Positions 39,513 to 50,199 of a stretch of 64,000 nucleotides of DNA are shown here, piece after piece. Every line of letters starts with the position of its first letter. The first letter of the stretch is position 1. The stretch is from Candidatus Methanoperedenaceae archaeon (GTDB lineage: Archaea; Halobacteriota; Methanosarcinia; Methanosarcinales; Methanoperedenaceae): NCBI GenBank assembly GCA_963753595.1, contig CAVWCX010000002.1:32001-96000 (forward strand). The letters run 5' to 3'. The translations under genes and the position numbers were made by a program. The notes below the pieces were generated by a model. That model was not told where the DNA came from and did no database searches. It saw only the letters and a list, made by a program, of their open reading frames with translations.

Positions 39513-40106
39513 ATGCGTATCGGAGTTATCGCCATACAGGGAAATGTCGAAGAACATGTCATTGCATTAGGAAATGCACTTCGTGAGGCCGATCTTCAAG
39601 CTGAAATAATAAAAATAAAACATAAAGGGATTGTTGGTTCATGCGATGCTTTGATCCTGCCGGGGGGAGAAAGCACGACACTTGGCCGGCTCTTGAAACG
39701 GGAAGGCATTGCGGATGAAATAAAGACTGCTGCTAAAGCCGGGATCCCAATTATGGGAACATGCGCAGGGCTTGTTCTTCTTGCAAAATATGGCGATGAA
39801 CAGGTGGAAAAGACAGGGCAATCATTGCTTGAGCTTATGGATATCCATGTCAACAGGAACGCATTCGGGCGCCAAAAAGAATCATTCGAGACCCTGATCG
39901 ATTTTAATGGATTTGATGCGCCTTTTAACGCGATATTCATCCGCGCTCCAGGCATCACAGGATGTGCAAATGACGTGGAGATACTTTCAAAATATAACGA
40001 TTCAATTGTGGCAGCAAGACAGGAAAATATGCTTGCCCTTGCATTTCATCCTGAATTGACAGATGATTACAGGATACACCATTATTTTTTGAAAATGATA
40101 GGATGA
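39513..40106 (+). CDS. pdxT: PLP synthase glutaminase subunit
   Basis: PGGESTT, GTCAG, RNAFGRQ.ESF, FIRAP, FHPELT. Confidence 0.96.
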   Translation: MRIGVIAIQGNVEEHVIALGNALREADLQAEIIKIKHKGIVGSCDALILPGGESTTLGRLLKREGIADEIKTAAKAGIPIMGTCAGLVLLAKYGDEQVEKTGQSLLELMDIHVNRNAFGRQKESFETLIDFNGFDAPFNAIFIRAPGITGCANDVEILSKYNDSIVAARQENMLALAFHPELTDDYRIHHYFLKMIG

Positions 40107-40107
40107 A

Positions 40108-41232
40108 TCATCCCATCTGTTTCAATTTCTTCTCAATTTCGTTAAGATCATCCTGATATGATTTCCTCTTATCTTCATATTCTTCATCAAGAAGATTCCC
40201 GGATTCATATTCTTTTTTAATATCTTTGATCTTAGAAGATAATTCCTGTTTTAGTTTTTCAAGTTCTTGTTTGTTTTTTCTTTCAAATTTTCCAGATAAT
40301 ATACCACTGCCAACCTTTGAAGGTTCTTTTACCTTATTTTCCTTTGGAATTCGGGCTGTTTTATCTGGGGTCTTGTCACCATTTCCTTGGGTTTTTAATT
40401 TTTTCTTTATGTAGGGATATGAAAGAGCAAGGATTATCAAAATACCGATAACGATATACGGAGCATAGCTATTTCCCGCTTTCGAAGATTGTGATTTTTC
40501 TGCTCCTGAAGATAAAATTTCTAAATTAAGTTCATTGAACAGAGGGTTTGAAAACCTGTTTGTTTCACCCTTTGCATCTGATTCTGTAGGAATGATCTCA
40601 TTACTATTTTCATCAAGGAATCTGCTTGTGCTTCCTTCAGATTTATTGACCTTTACTATAACTGCTGCCAGTCCTGGTTTTTCCATGAACCTGTAATTTA
40701 TTATGCCGGGGATAGCAAATTTCTTGGCAAATTTTCCCATACCCGACGGCGTCTCTGTTACAATATATTCAACTGCATAAAGACGGGGCAAAGAGGAGTT
40801 CTTTTCAACAAATTCCTTCCAGCTTAAAATGTTTCCGTTTACATTGAAATCAAGAGGTATCAATCCCCCGCCAGTCATCATTTCGGATCGGCTGAGTCTG
40901 ATTGTTTCATTATCCGTTCCATCAGGTAACCATGTTCTTAGATCACCATAGAAATTTTCTGTTCCGATATTCCTGAAAATAAGGGTTTCACGGATGAACA
41001 ATTTGTTTTCTGCCTTTAATTGGACCGAATCCACTTCGATCAGATGCTGGACCATTACAATATCCTGGTCTGAATCTGTTGTATTGTTTAAGTCTATTGG
41101 CGGGATCGTTCCAGTATCTTGCAGGATAGTTATATTGCTGGCATTTCCGCCCATTCCTGCGAATCCTAAAGCGCCATTTGCCAACAAAATGACTAATAAT
41201 GCACAGATTATTATTTTTTTTATGTTTTTCAT
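40108..41232 (-). CDS. Secreted/membrane hypothetical protein with C-terminal coiled coil
   Basis: Signal peptide, TM helix, SHOCT-like E.G.L.EEEY tail. Confidence 0.75.
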   Translation of the reverse strand: MKNIKKIIICALLVILLANGALGFAGMGGNASNITILQDTGTIPPIDLNNTTDSDQDIVMVQHLIEVDSVQLKAENKLFIRETLIFRNIGTENFYGDLRTWLPDGTDNETIRLSRSEMMTGGGLIPLDFNVNGNILSWKEFVEKNSSLPRLYAVEYIVTETPSGMGKFAKKFAIPGIINYRFMEKPGLAAVIVKVNKSEGSTSRFLDENSNEIIPTESDAKGETNRFSNPLFNELNLEILSSGAEKSQSSKAGNSYAPYIVIGILIILALSYPYIKKKLKTQGNGDKTPDKTARIPKENKVKEPSKVGSGILSGKFERKNKQELEKLKQELSSKIKDIKKEYESGNLLDEEYEDKRKSYQDDLNEIEKKLKQMG

Positions 41233-41408
41233 TGATTCACTTCCATCCACAATTGTATTTAAGATAATAATTAAGTTATCTATTTTAAATTTGAATTCTA
41301 TTTCGTTTATTTTTTATCTTTTCCTGAAATAATTTCGTTTATTCGTCGCAAAACTTATGAAGATAAGAGTTGCAGAGGATATATAAATACTGGAATATTT
41401 TGATCATT

Positions 41409-42056
41409 ATGCCCTACGCAGCAAAAGACAGACAGGAATTCATCAATCGTTCAAACCTTATCCCGGATTCCAGAATCCTGGATTTTGGGGGAATGCTATC
41501 CGAAGAGCTCACTAATGCTGTTTTCGGGATAACCTCAAAAAGAGTACTGTCAAACGCAGTCCTTATAAAACCGCTGCTCTTGCCATTTAAGAATTCTGTC
41601 TTCAAATCAGTTGTTTCGTATCATTACTTTGATCTTGTCTCATCTGACAAACTTGATTTCCTGTTTGAAGAAACAGCAAGAGTGCTTGATAAAGACGCAA
41701 GCTTTTCATTCATGATAATGCAGTGGGCTGCAAACAATGAAGCGCAAAAGTCAAATCTGCTTTTTAATGAAGTACTGAAAAGCATTGGCGCGCTTTACCA
41801 GCATGATTTTGAAGATATCAGCAACAAGCTTAATGCATCGGGTTTCACAGAGATAACAGTTGAAAGCATCAGGCGTGATATCACGGTCCCTGAGGCATTT
41901 GTCAATGAGCACCTCTTGATGCTGGGGAACCTTGTTAAAATAGAAAAAACACAGGGCAGAGAAGGGTTAAAAGCACTTTCAAAGCAATACTTCCATAAAG
42001 TAAAAGAACATGGTGAAGCCATGCTGCCAGCTATACATTTTATCGCGAAGAAATGA
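41409..42056 (+). CDS. Methyltransferase-like protein (degenerate SAM motif)
   Basis: ILDFGG, LPF.N..F..V, E.ARVL. Confidence 0.65.
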   Translation: MPYAAKDRQEFINRSNLIPDSRILDFGGMLSEELTNAVFGITSKRVLSNAVLIKPLLLPFKNSVFKSVVSYHYFDLVSSDKLDFLFEETARVLDKDASFSFMIMQWAANNEAQKSNLLFNEVLKSIGALYQHDFEDISNKLNASGFTEITVESIRRDITVPEAFVNEHLLMLGNLVKIEKTQGREGLKALSKQYFHKVKEHGEAMLPAIHFIAKK

Positions 42057-42057
42057 T

Positions 42058-42657
42058 ATGAAGAAAAAACATCTTGAGATGATGCTGGAAAAGGTGGAAG
42101 GTTTCAAGTCACCCAAAGCCGATAAGGAACAATATGCAACACCAGCAACTGTCGCGTCTGAGCTATTGCATTTCGCTTTTATGAGAGGAGACCTTTCTGA
42201 TACAGTTTATGATCTTGGATGCGGAAGTGGCATCTTTGCTATTGGCGCTAAACTCCTGGGGGCAGAAAAGGTTATAGGTTTTGATGATGATAAAGAGGTT
42301 TTAGAGATTGCACGGGCAAATGCACATAAACTTGACGTTGATGTTGAGTTCGTATGCAGCAATATTTCCGATATCAGTGGAAAAGCGCATACGGTTGTAA
42401 TGAATCCGCCTTTTGGCGCGCAGAAGAAAGGAAGTGATCGCCCTTTTTTGAGGAAAGCCCTCGAATTAAGCAGCGTGGTTTATTCCATACACAATGCCCA
42501 AAGTGCGGAATTTATAAATAAATTCATAAGCCCATCGGTCATAACAGAATACAAATTAATAGATTTTCCGATAAAAAGGACATTCGGATTTCATAAGAAG
42601 GACAGACTGGTCATAAAAGTTGAGATCTACAGGATCGAGAAAAGAACAGAGGGATAA
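42058..42657 (+). CDS. METTL5-family RNA methyltransferase
   Basis: EQYATP, DLGCGSG, MNPPFG. Confidence 0.9.
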   Translation: MKKKHLEMMLEKVEGFKSPKADKEQYATPATVASELLHFAFMRGDLSDTVYDLGCGSGIFAIGAKLLGAEKVIGFDDDKEVLEIARANAHKLDVDVEFVCSNISDISGKAHTVVMNPPFGAQKKGSDRPFLRKALELSSVVYSIHNAQSAEFINKFISPSVITEYKLIDFPIKRTFGFHKKDRLVIKVEIYRIEKRTEG

Positions 42658-43448
42658 TTATTAGAATCAAACGAAAGAAAATAACAAGCAGGAGAAAGCT
42701 TGGCAAGGGTGATGAAAAAGAACCCAAGGAAGTAAAAGAAAGCGAGCTAGAGCTGGAAGAAGAAGTTGAAGAAGTAACCCCGGAATCGGAAATTACAGAA
42801 GAAACCGTACAATCGGAAGAACCTGTTGAATCCGAACAACCTGTTGAAGAAGCAATTGAGGAAGAAGCCGTTGAGGAAGTACCAAAAGAAGAAACCAGAA
42901 ATGTTTTGCCTGGCGACCTTATTGGAACTCTGGAAGAATTCATGCCAAAAAGCGGCGCATATATGGGCGGGGGGAATATTTACGCATCAGCCAGCGGTAT
43001 TGTCAGGATAAACAATAAAGAGCGTTCCATATCAGTTGAACCGGTCACGAACACCCCCCCTCATCTTGTGGTTGGAGATATCATTATCGGACAGGTCACG
43101 GATGTGAAAGATTCAGTTGCGCTCATTGAGATCGCAGGAATTAAAGGCAAAGGCGAACGCGCGATCGTCAATGCGGACCAGGCGGCAATTCATGTATCAA
43201 ATGTAAAAGACGCTTATGTCAAGGAATTGTATTATGAATTCGCTCCATTTGATATAGTAAAGGCAAGAGTACTTGACCTTCGCAACATGCGCCTGTCAAC
43301 GGTCAATAAGGAACTTGGCGTTATGAAGGCTTATTGCGGCAATTGCAGGACCGTGTTGAAATTAGATAACAGCAAACTTAAATGTCCCAAATGTGAAAGG
43401 ACCGAGACACGAAAATTATCTTCGGATTATGGGACAGGCATTATATAG
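42657..43448 (+). CDS. csl4: Exosome RNA-binding subunit Csl4 with N-terminal basic/acidic extension
   Basis: VLPGD.IGT.EE, S1 domain (IHVSNV), C..C...C..C ribbon, RKLS; start inferred at ATT. Confidence 0.88.
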   Translation: MIRIKRKKITSRRKLGKGDEKEPKEVKESELELEEEVEEVTPESEITEETVQSEEPVESEQPVEEAIEEEAVEEVPKEETRNVLPGDLIGTLEEFMPKSGAYMGGGNIYASASGIVRINNKERSISVEPVTNTPPHLVVGDIIIGQVTDVKDSVALIEIAGIKGKGERAIVNADQAAIHVSNVKDAYVKELYYEFAPFDIVKARVLDLRNMRLSTVNKELGVMKAYCGNCRTVLKLDNSKLKCPKCERTETRKLSSDYGTGII

Positions 43449-43456
43449 GTGATATT

Positions 43457-43732
43457 ATGGAACTTACAATTCTTAAGAAGACGGACAAAGAAATAAATAT
43501 TAAGGTAGCGGGTGAATCTCATACCATGCTCAACATGCTAAAGACCGCTTTGCTCAACAACAAACATGTTGAAATAGCAACATATGATATAAAGCATCCA
43601 ACGATCAGCGAACCGATCCTTTTCGTGAGGACAGATGGCGCAGACCCCATTGATGTGATAAAAAAAGCATCGAAGGACCTGATCAAAGAATGCAAAGAGT
43701 TTATTGATCTTTTCACGAAGAAGACAAAGTAG
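43457..43732 (+). CDS. rpoL: RNA polymerase subunit L (Rpo11)
   Basis: GESHTMLNMLK, ATYDIKHP; follows csl4. Confidence 0.93.
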   Translation: MELTILKKTDKEINIKVAGESHTMLNMLKTALLNNKHVEIATYDIKHPTISEPILFVRTDGADPIDVIKKASKDLIKECKEFIDLFTKKTK

Positions 43733-44183
43733 TTAAAGCCGCATACTCCTCATCGATAAGGTCATCCACCATAATCCCGTTCTCAACAGCAACGAGAATG
43801 GCGCTGACCTCTATTGATACCTGTTTTGAAAACTCTTCCTGTTTTTTATTTATCATCGCAATAACTTTTCTTTTATCGATCTTCGTGCCTTGTATTATAC
43901 GATCGATTATCCTGTCAAAAATTGTTTTGTTATCCACAATTATGGGTTCGGGTTTCCATCCTGAAGGTATCTCGATTTTAGTTATATCAAATGAAGGGCG
44001 CACAAGCTCCCCATCGCGTTTTAAAAGCCCAGATCTCAGCGCATCACTTAATTTGATTTTTGCCTGCTCAGGATTGAACCATTTCAGATCCAGGGAAAGT
44101 GCCAGGATAAATTCCATCTCCTTTAGCGCATCTTTTCCCCTTCTCTTAAAGGGCATTGATACGGTATAAGTAAGATCAGACAT
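43713..44183 (-). CDS. DUF2240 family protein
   Basis: PFKRRG...ALSLDLKWF.P. Confidence 0.8.
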   Translation of the reverse strand: MSDLTYTVSMPFKRRGKDALKEMEFILALSLDLKWFNPEQAKIKLSDALRSGLLKRDGELVRPSFDITKIEIPSGWKPEPIIVDNKTIFDRIIDRIIQGTKIDKRKVIAMINKKQEEFSKQVSIEVSAILVAVENGIMVDDLIDEEYAALTTLSSS

Positions 44184-44676
44184 TTCCGGCCTTTCTTTTA
44201 ATCTCTTCAACAATTGTGTCGGCTATTCTTTCCGGATCAGTCCTTGCAAGACCATCGATCAGATGAATGTTCATGGTAAGAACGCTGTTATCAAGGTTTG
44301 TCCTCACAAGATATGTATCGCCTTTGAAAGCCACACGATTGTATTTTGCATCCAGAACGGAATATTGCAGGTTAATTTTAAAATCAATTATTCCTTCAGG
44401 TGTAATATCCCTTAGCACCGAATCAAGAGTGTTCTTATTAAGAGGAACAAAATCAACGCTTTTATCTGCTATTTCAACCCCGATGCTTCTCTTGGCTTTT
44501 ATAGGAGTAGCTTTGCGGTCAGGCCCATCTGTGACAAATGAACCGAACTGGCCGTCAAGTCCTGCAATTGTAATTACAAGGTAAGGGAGGTCGGCTTCGA
44601 ATCTAAATTTGCGTTCAAATTCCGGGTTTTGTGGGAAAAGATGGTATGTGCGTCTCATATCAGCATGTATCGTCAT
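44176..44676 (-). CDS. Hypothetical protein
   Basis: 166-aa ORF in operon context. Confidence 0.7.
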   Translation of the reverse strand: MTIHADMRRTYHLFPQNPEFERKFRFEADLPYLVITIAGLDGQFGSFVTDGPDRKATPIKAKRSIGVEIADKSVDFVPLNKNTLDSVLRDITPEGIIDFKINLQYSVLDAKYNRVAFKGDTYLVRTNLDNSVLTMNIHLIDGLARTDPERIADTIVEEIKRKAGNV

Positions 44677-44720
44677 GATTTCTTAAAAGCTTATTGCTTT
44701 GCATTATTTTACACTTTGCA

Positions 44721-45614
44721 TTATTCTATAACAGATACTCCATTACCTATTGTAGTTATATATGCCTCGCTTTTTACCTGTTTTTCTGAAAAAGCCCGTA
44801 TCATCGCTTCTGCGATCGTCTCTCTTTCATCCATCCTGCAAACCGCGATCAATGTGGGCCCTGAACCGCTTATGGTCACACCTGCTGCGCCTGCCTGTAT
44901 AGCACTCTTTTTAACTTCCTTATATCCTTTTATAAGTTTTGATCGGATCTCTTCTATGACATGGTTCGCCATGCTATCCCCGATAAGTTTGATATCGTTT
45001 TTCATCATTCCGACCACCATAGAAGCAGCATTTCCCGTATTAAAAGAAATATCATCAAGAGATAGTTTTTTCGGAAGGATAGCGCGGGCATGGCGCGTGC
45101 TGACTAAGATTTCGGGATGAACAGCAACTATACCAATATTCTCAGGGTAAAGAGAAATTATTTTATTTTTATGAACAATGACAAAACCGCCATATATAGC
45201 AGGTGCAACATTGTCGGCATGAACTGCTCCTGATACTGCTTCTTCACCCTTCGCAGCTATTTGCACAAGCTCTTGCCGTGAAAGCCCAAGTGAAAACATT
45301 TCATTTATAGCAAATGCAACGCCTGCCGCGGGCGCAGCGCTGCTTCCAAGCCCGCTTGAAAGCGGGATATTCCTGCGTATTGTGATATTCACAGGACTAT
45401 TCATGATCGAAGCAACGATACCTGCAGTATTTCTTTGCGGGTCAGTCGGAACATACTGGGAATCTCTTCCCAGGATCACTATTTTTGTGCTATCGCTTTT
45501 TTCGATCTCAATTATATCAAAAGGAGTTTCAAGGGCAATTCCAAATACATCAAAGCCTGCCCCAAGGTTAGCAGAAGTCGCAGGAACTTTTATTTTCAAA
45601 TGATCTTTTGCCAT
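44721..45614 (-). CDS. thrB: Homoserine kinase
   Basis: PATSANLGAGFD, GLGSSAA, HADNVAP, SGSGPT. Confidence 0.95.
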   Translation of the reverse strand: MAKDHLKIKVPATSANLGAGFDVFGIALETPFDIIEIEKSDSTKIVILGRDSQYVPTDPQRNTAGIVASIMNSPVNITIRRNIPLSSGLGSSAAPAAGVAFAINEMFSLGLSRQELVQIAAKGEEAVSGAVHADNVAPAIYGGFVIVHKNKIISLYPENIGIVAVHPEILVSTRHARAILPKKLSLDDISFNTGNAASMVVGMMKNDIKLIGDSMANHVIEEIRSKLIKGYKEVKKSAIQAGAAGVTISGSGPTLIAVCRMDERETIAEAMIRAFSEKQVKSEAYITTIGNGVSVIE

Positions 45615-46096
45615 TATCTTTTGTAACCAATAGTACGGAGGAATGATCTTCTTTCTTCTTTATCTTTGGCGCTTTCAATACCTTTTGGTTTTTCGCCATC
45701 AATGACGCCAAGGATGCCCCGGCCCTCTTCAGTCCGGGCTATAATAACTTCCAGGGGATTGGATGTAGCACAAAAAATATTACATACTTCCTGAAGGCTT
45801 TTTATGGAATTCAGGACATTTATGGGAAAGGCATTTCGCATGAAAACTATGAAGCTGTGGCCGCATCCAAGTTCCATTGCATTAATTTGCGCCGCTTTGA
45901 TAAGTTCTTCATCATTTCCATCAGTCCTTACAAGACACTTTCCTGAAGCTTCGCAAAAGGCCAGGCCAAATTTAATGCCCGGAGCCGAACTAATAAGCGT
46001 TTCGTACAGGTCCTCGGCGGTTTTTATGAAATGCGATTGGCCAAGGATCAGGTTTGTATCAGGAGGCGCCGTTATTTTTATAGATTTTAATTCCAT
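45614..46096 (-). CDS. Adenosine-specific kinase / DUF355 family protein
   Basis: [28 protein letters not shown]. Confidence 0.88.
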   Translation of the reverse strand: MELKSIKITAPPDTNLILGQSHFIKTAEDLYETLISSAPGIKFGLAFCEASGKCLVRTDGNDEELIKAAQINAMELGCGHSFIVFMRNAFPINVLNSIKSLQEVCNIFCATSNPLEVIIARTEEGRGILGVIDGEKPKGIESAKDKEERRSFLRTIGYKR

Positions 46097-46265
46097 GTTT
46101 CTCCCTTAATTATTATTGTTTTGTTGGTATTTAAATGATGCTGATTTTTATAATTTCCATATTATAAGCAATAGTATGTCAATAAAAACACCCATGCTGG
46201 AATGAACATTATCCCCTTATAGTTTTTAAGCATAAAATCAATGCATAGAATTAAATTTATACAAT

Positions 46266-46700
46266 TTAGGCAAGTGGATTGATTGTTTTTAGCCAGGGAA
46301 TCTTTTTAAAGTCCTTTTCATTTTCCGTATAAATTGAGAATACATTATTCTCTTTCATAGTTGCAGCCAGTAATGCGTCCCAATAGTGAATGCCATGTTT
46401 TGAGCTGATTCCGATAGCTGATTTAATTGTTTGAGCATTAAAATTAAGGACATGCCAGCCCTTGAAATCTATGATATGTTCGATAAAGTCTTTTGCAACC
46501 TTTATGGGGATCGGATTTGAAATCTTTTTTGTTACAACAACATAGAACTCTGAAAGGTTCTGGACAGAAACGGTAAGATCTCTTTTTCTTTTCCAGCAGT
46601 CTGCCACAAGCTCATTGCATATCTTTCTCTTTTCAGGTTCACCCTCATCAAAAACATAGCTCAGTAAGTTCGAATCGATAAGGATAAGTTCATCGCTCAT
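46266..46700 (-). CDS. PIN-domain toxin
   Basis: LIDSNLL, Q...EF, YWDALL, TEN.KDF. Confidence 0.88.
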   Translation of the reverse strand: MSDELILIDSNLLSYVFDEGEPEKRKICNELVADCWKRKRDLTVSVQNLSEFYVVVTKKISNPIPIKVAKDFIEHIIDFKGWHVLNFNAQTIKSAIGISSKHGIHYWDALLAATMKENNVFSIYTENEKDFKKIPWLKTINPLA

Positions 46701-46929
46701 AGAGTTCATCCCTATCCCTGTATAGTCTCTTACCGAAATTGAATTTCAGTTCAAGTAGTGCCAATGCCTCTTGCGCTATTTTTTCCTGCCTTTTTTCATA
46801 TACCCATTTCTGCATCGCTTCAGTCAGCGCTTTCCCAAGGTCTCCTTTTCTGGCGCCGTGGACATTGCGGACAAGCTTTCGAAAATCCTTTTCGACGTCG
46901 TCTTTGACGTTTACTGTTATCGTGCCCAT
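46690..46929 (-). CDS. RHH-type antitoxin
   Basis: MGTITVNVKDDVEKDFR...RDELYER, overlapping the PIN gene. Confidence 0.8.
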   Translation of the reverse strand: MGTITVNVKDDVEKDFRKLVRNVHGARKGDLGKALTEAMQKWVYEKRQEKIAQEALALLELKFNFGKRLYRDRDELYER

Positions 46930-46992
46930 GAATGTAAATTGATTTTTGATGTATTTAAATGTTTAGTAGTTATAAATTTTTATCAATTTTTT

Positions 46993-47742
46993 CTAAATTT
47001 TCAGTTCATCTATGTGAATCATTTCTTCAATATCAAGTAAAATAGATAACTCATTTGTATCTATTTCAATTTCACTTTCCTGCACAAAAGCCATGGGATT
47101 TGTACCGCCGATCACAGCAATGCCCAGTTTATCCCTTCCCACCTGGATACCCAGTATATCATTATTGGGCTCCCCGACTTCAAGAATACACGAGAATCCC
47201 GCTTCACCGAGGGAATCAAGCACATGTTCTATCCTGTCGCGGGCTGACATGGGAGCTTCTCTCAGATTTGCCAGTATCTTTCCAGTGCCGGTGTTGATCA
47301 TCTGGGTCACAGATGTGAGTTCCTGGGACATAAAAACATCAAGGGGATCGATCGTCGTGCTGTCGTATGTCAAAACATCGGTAAATCTCAGTGGCGAACC
47401 TTCATGGATCTCAATAACCCCACCCAATTTCGGTTTTACAGGTATTCCGGCTTTTAGCAGGACCCCATCTATCGTGATACTGCAGGCTGTAGCTATTCCA
47501 ACCTTTCCGGTTTCAATTTTGACATCGCCGATTTTTTCTCCCGGGCGTATTATTTTAATATATGGGCTTACTGCAAGCCCGCTATGGATAGCCTGCCTGA
47601 AAAGACCGATGATCTTTTTGAGCTCTGATTCATTTACTATGGAGATATTTACGATTATTTTACCTTTTCTTTTTACCGGATCAAAGGTAACCTCATACAT
47701 CATATTTTCGATCCTTGAGATAATGAACATTAAATCAGCCAT
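46993..47742 (-). CDS. nrpRII: NrpR regulatory-domain protein (NrpRII-like, DUF128)
   Basis: [23 protein letters not shown]; no HTH. Confidence 0.8.
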   Translation of the reverse strand: MADLMFIISRIENMMYEVTFDPVKRKGKIIVNISIVNESELKKIIGLFRQAIHSGLAVSPYIKIIRPGEKIGDVKIETGKVGIATACSITIDGVLLKAGIPVKPKLGGVIEIHEGSPLRFTDVLTYDSTTIDPLDVFMSQELTSVTQMINTGTGKILANLREAPMSARDRIEHVLDSLGEAGFSCILEVGEPNNDILGIQVGRDKLGIAVIGGTNPMAFVQESEIEIDTNELSILLDIEEMIHIDELKI

Positions 47743-47827
47743 ATTAATTCAGAAGTCATGTATAATTACAATGAGTCATAAACATACCGAAAGATTAAGT
47801 ATTTTAGAATTGTAAGAAGTGATATTA

Positions 47828-48838
47828 ATGAATAAACAGGTAGTAATTGATATTGTAAAAAATATTTTTTCAAATCGTGGTTACAATATAAGTTCTTCTG
47901 AAATGTGCGACCTTCTTGCTGAAAAGGATAATGAACATTTTTTAATAATATTTGAAAAAGACCCTAATTTTAATAATATCAGGTATTTTTCAAATAAGGC
48001 GAAAAGATATGGTAAGGGAATAGTGATATCAGATTCCTTTGATGAAAAGATACGCATGTTCGCACTTGATGATGGCCTTACTCTCTGGGACAGGGGGGAA
48101 CTTGAAATGCAGATCGGCAGAGTAGTGCTGGGAGATGCTCTTTCAAAGTATGAGGAAAAACAGACTGTAAAAGAGGAAAGTGTTTTTTCATCCATTCAAG
48201 ATCAAGCGGAAGTAAATGAACATCTGGCAAAAGAACATTTTACAAAAGAAAATTATTCACAGGATTATGAAAAAACTATAAAAGTAATGCTGCGTTGCGT
48301 ACCTGTAAATATAGGAAAAAAAGATGCTTTATCAATAGCGCAAGCTAAAGTCGGAACGCCAAAAAGCCAGACATTGAAATTCATCCCGGTCTGGAATTAT
48401 CGTTATTCTTTTAACATCCAGAAGAAATATAAATCAAAACTGGTTGACCTGACGGGTGAGGGTGAAGGATATATTCATGCTATAACGGGTGAGAATTTTT
48501 TTAATAAATACACAGACATCAGGGAAAATATCCTGATGCCTACCCAGAATTATGATATAAGGCAGCCAACTATCCAGAAAAAAGATGCTTCAGTAAAAGC
48601 CCTGAATTCCATTATCCGGGAACATACAAAGCAAGTAAGGCTGAATGAAATGATAGGTGATACGATAGTCTTCGAAAACAGGATATTTGCGCCTGATCCA
48701 TCTGAAATTAATCTAAATATGGATATACTGTACGTTCCTGTATGGGAGATAAAAGGTAAACGCGAAGTAATTGATATAAACGGGTATGACGGGCATATAA
48801 TGGCAATTAAGCTTTACAATGATGCTGAGCTGGTTTGA
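47828..48838 (+). CDS. Hypothetical protein with Mrr-like restriction-endonuclease-fold N-terminus
   Basis: F...GY...DLLAEK...F....R.FA...G.TLWDR. Confidence 0.6.
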   Translation: MNKQVVIDIVKNIFSNRGYNISSSEMCDLLAEKDNEHFLIIFEKDPNFNNIRYFSNKAKRYGKGIVISDSFDEKIRMFALDDGLTLWDRGELEMQIGRVVLGDALSKYEEKQTVKEESVFSSIQDQAEVNEHLAKEHFTKENYSQDYEKTIKVMLRCVPVNIGKKDALSIAQAKVGTPKSQTLKFIPVWNYRYSFNIQKKYKSKLVDLTGEGEGYIHAITGENFFNKYTDIRENILMPTQNYDIRQPTIQKKDASVKALNSIIREHTKQVRLNEMIGDTIVFENRIFAPDPSEINLNMDILYVPVWEIKGKREVIDINGYDGHIMAIKLYNDAELV

Positions 48839-48852
48839 ACCCGGATAGCCAC

Positions 48853-49704
48853 TCAAATCGTAATAGAATTAATTTTGGTACTATTTTTCATCATACCATT
48901 CTGGATAGAATTCAAAATATTCATCTCTATATTAACAAATTCATTGATTTTTTTGTATATTGTCATTTTTCCCTCCCCTGTGGCAGAATATTTCTTTGTC
49001 CTCATGTTTCCCTTCTCGAATTCTGCATATAATACCCCGTCTTTCTTGAGTTTATATAAAATTGAATATACAGTCCCCTGGCTCAATAAAACATTATATT
49101 TTTTATTAATCTCTTTAATTATCTCCAGGCCGCACATGGGTTTTTCAGACAGGAACTTTAGTAATATTATCTCCAGATGGCTTTTGACTATATCTTCTGT
49201 GCAGGCAATATTATTATTAAAAATATTATTATTATTAAAAAAGGTCACAACAAAATTATCCCGTGAATTGCTGATTTTATTTAATGAAAATATCGGCCCG
49301 GATTTGTCCAATGTCCTTATTTTATCGTAGTATTGCTTTACTTTTAGCAGGGATTTCACTCTTTCACATAATATATCAATATCAAAAGGCTTGGACAGGA
49401 ATTCATCAGCTCCCGCCTGAATGGCCTTTATCCTGTCAGGCTTATCCTTAAGGTTGCTGATCAATATTACCGGGATTGAAATTGTATTTTCATTTCCTTT
49501 AAGCTTCCTGCACACTTCGTATCCACTCATGCCCTGCATTATTATGTCAAGGATTATTATGTCCGGAAGGGATTTTTTAACCTGTGCCAATGCTTCATTT
49601 CCATTAAAAGCCTTGATTATCTCGTAATCATTAGATAGAATCCCATCCAGCAGTTCGACATTTACCGGTTCATCATCAACCACAAGTATCTTGCATTTAT
49701 CCAT
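48853..49704 (-). CDS. Response regulator: REC domain fused to PadR-like wHTH
   Basis: LVVDD, IILDIIM, FLSKP; then LSQGTVYSILYKL...KKYS.T..G. Confidence 0.88.
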   Translation of the reverse strand: MDKCKILVVDDEPVNVELLDGILSNDYEIIKAFNGNEALAQVKKSLPDIIILDIIMQGMSGYEVCRKLKGNENTISIPVILISNLKDKPDRIKAIQAGADEFLSKPFDIDILCERVKSLLKVKQYYDKIRTLDKSGPIFSLNKISNSRDNFVVTFFNNNNIFNNNIACTEDIVKSHLEIILLKFLSEKPMCGLEIIKEINKKYNVLLSQGTVYSILYKLKKDGVLYAEFEKGNMRTKKYSATGEGKMTIYKKINEFVNIEMNILNSIQNGMMKNSTKINSITI

Positions 49705-50199
49705 GATATCATAATCCCTCTTTTTTTAAAACCTTACCATAAGGAAGTTTATTATTAGCAGGAGCAATTATATAATGTGATTTGTGAAAAACGTGTGAAC
49801 AAAATGAAAAAAAGAAGTCAGCTACATCAGATGGTCGCTGCTTCAACTTCGGAAGTTATGGTGTTTAACTTTCAAATTTTGTTTAGTAATTTGTTTTAAA
49901 TTTTGTTTCAAAATTTGAAAGATGAGAAACTTTATTTAACATCATGCATATTATAAGAATGTAATGCCTATAACACATTGCCACAAGAAGAATACTTACC
50001 ATACTATCTTCCATTGAGCCATCCACTCAATAATAAAAAGGCCAAATGTCATAGGCATTTCTGTTAATTATTTTATATGTGTATTACAAAGAACAAAAAT
50101 AGGCCATATCATTCGCGCCCGGACATTCGGGGACTACACAGTTAATTATATTATAGGTCGAATGCATTTCAAGACTGTGGTATTGCGCGGAAATAGGAT

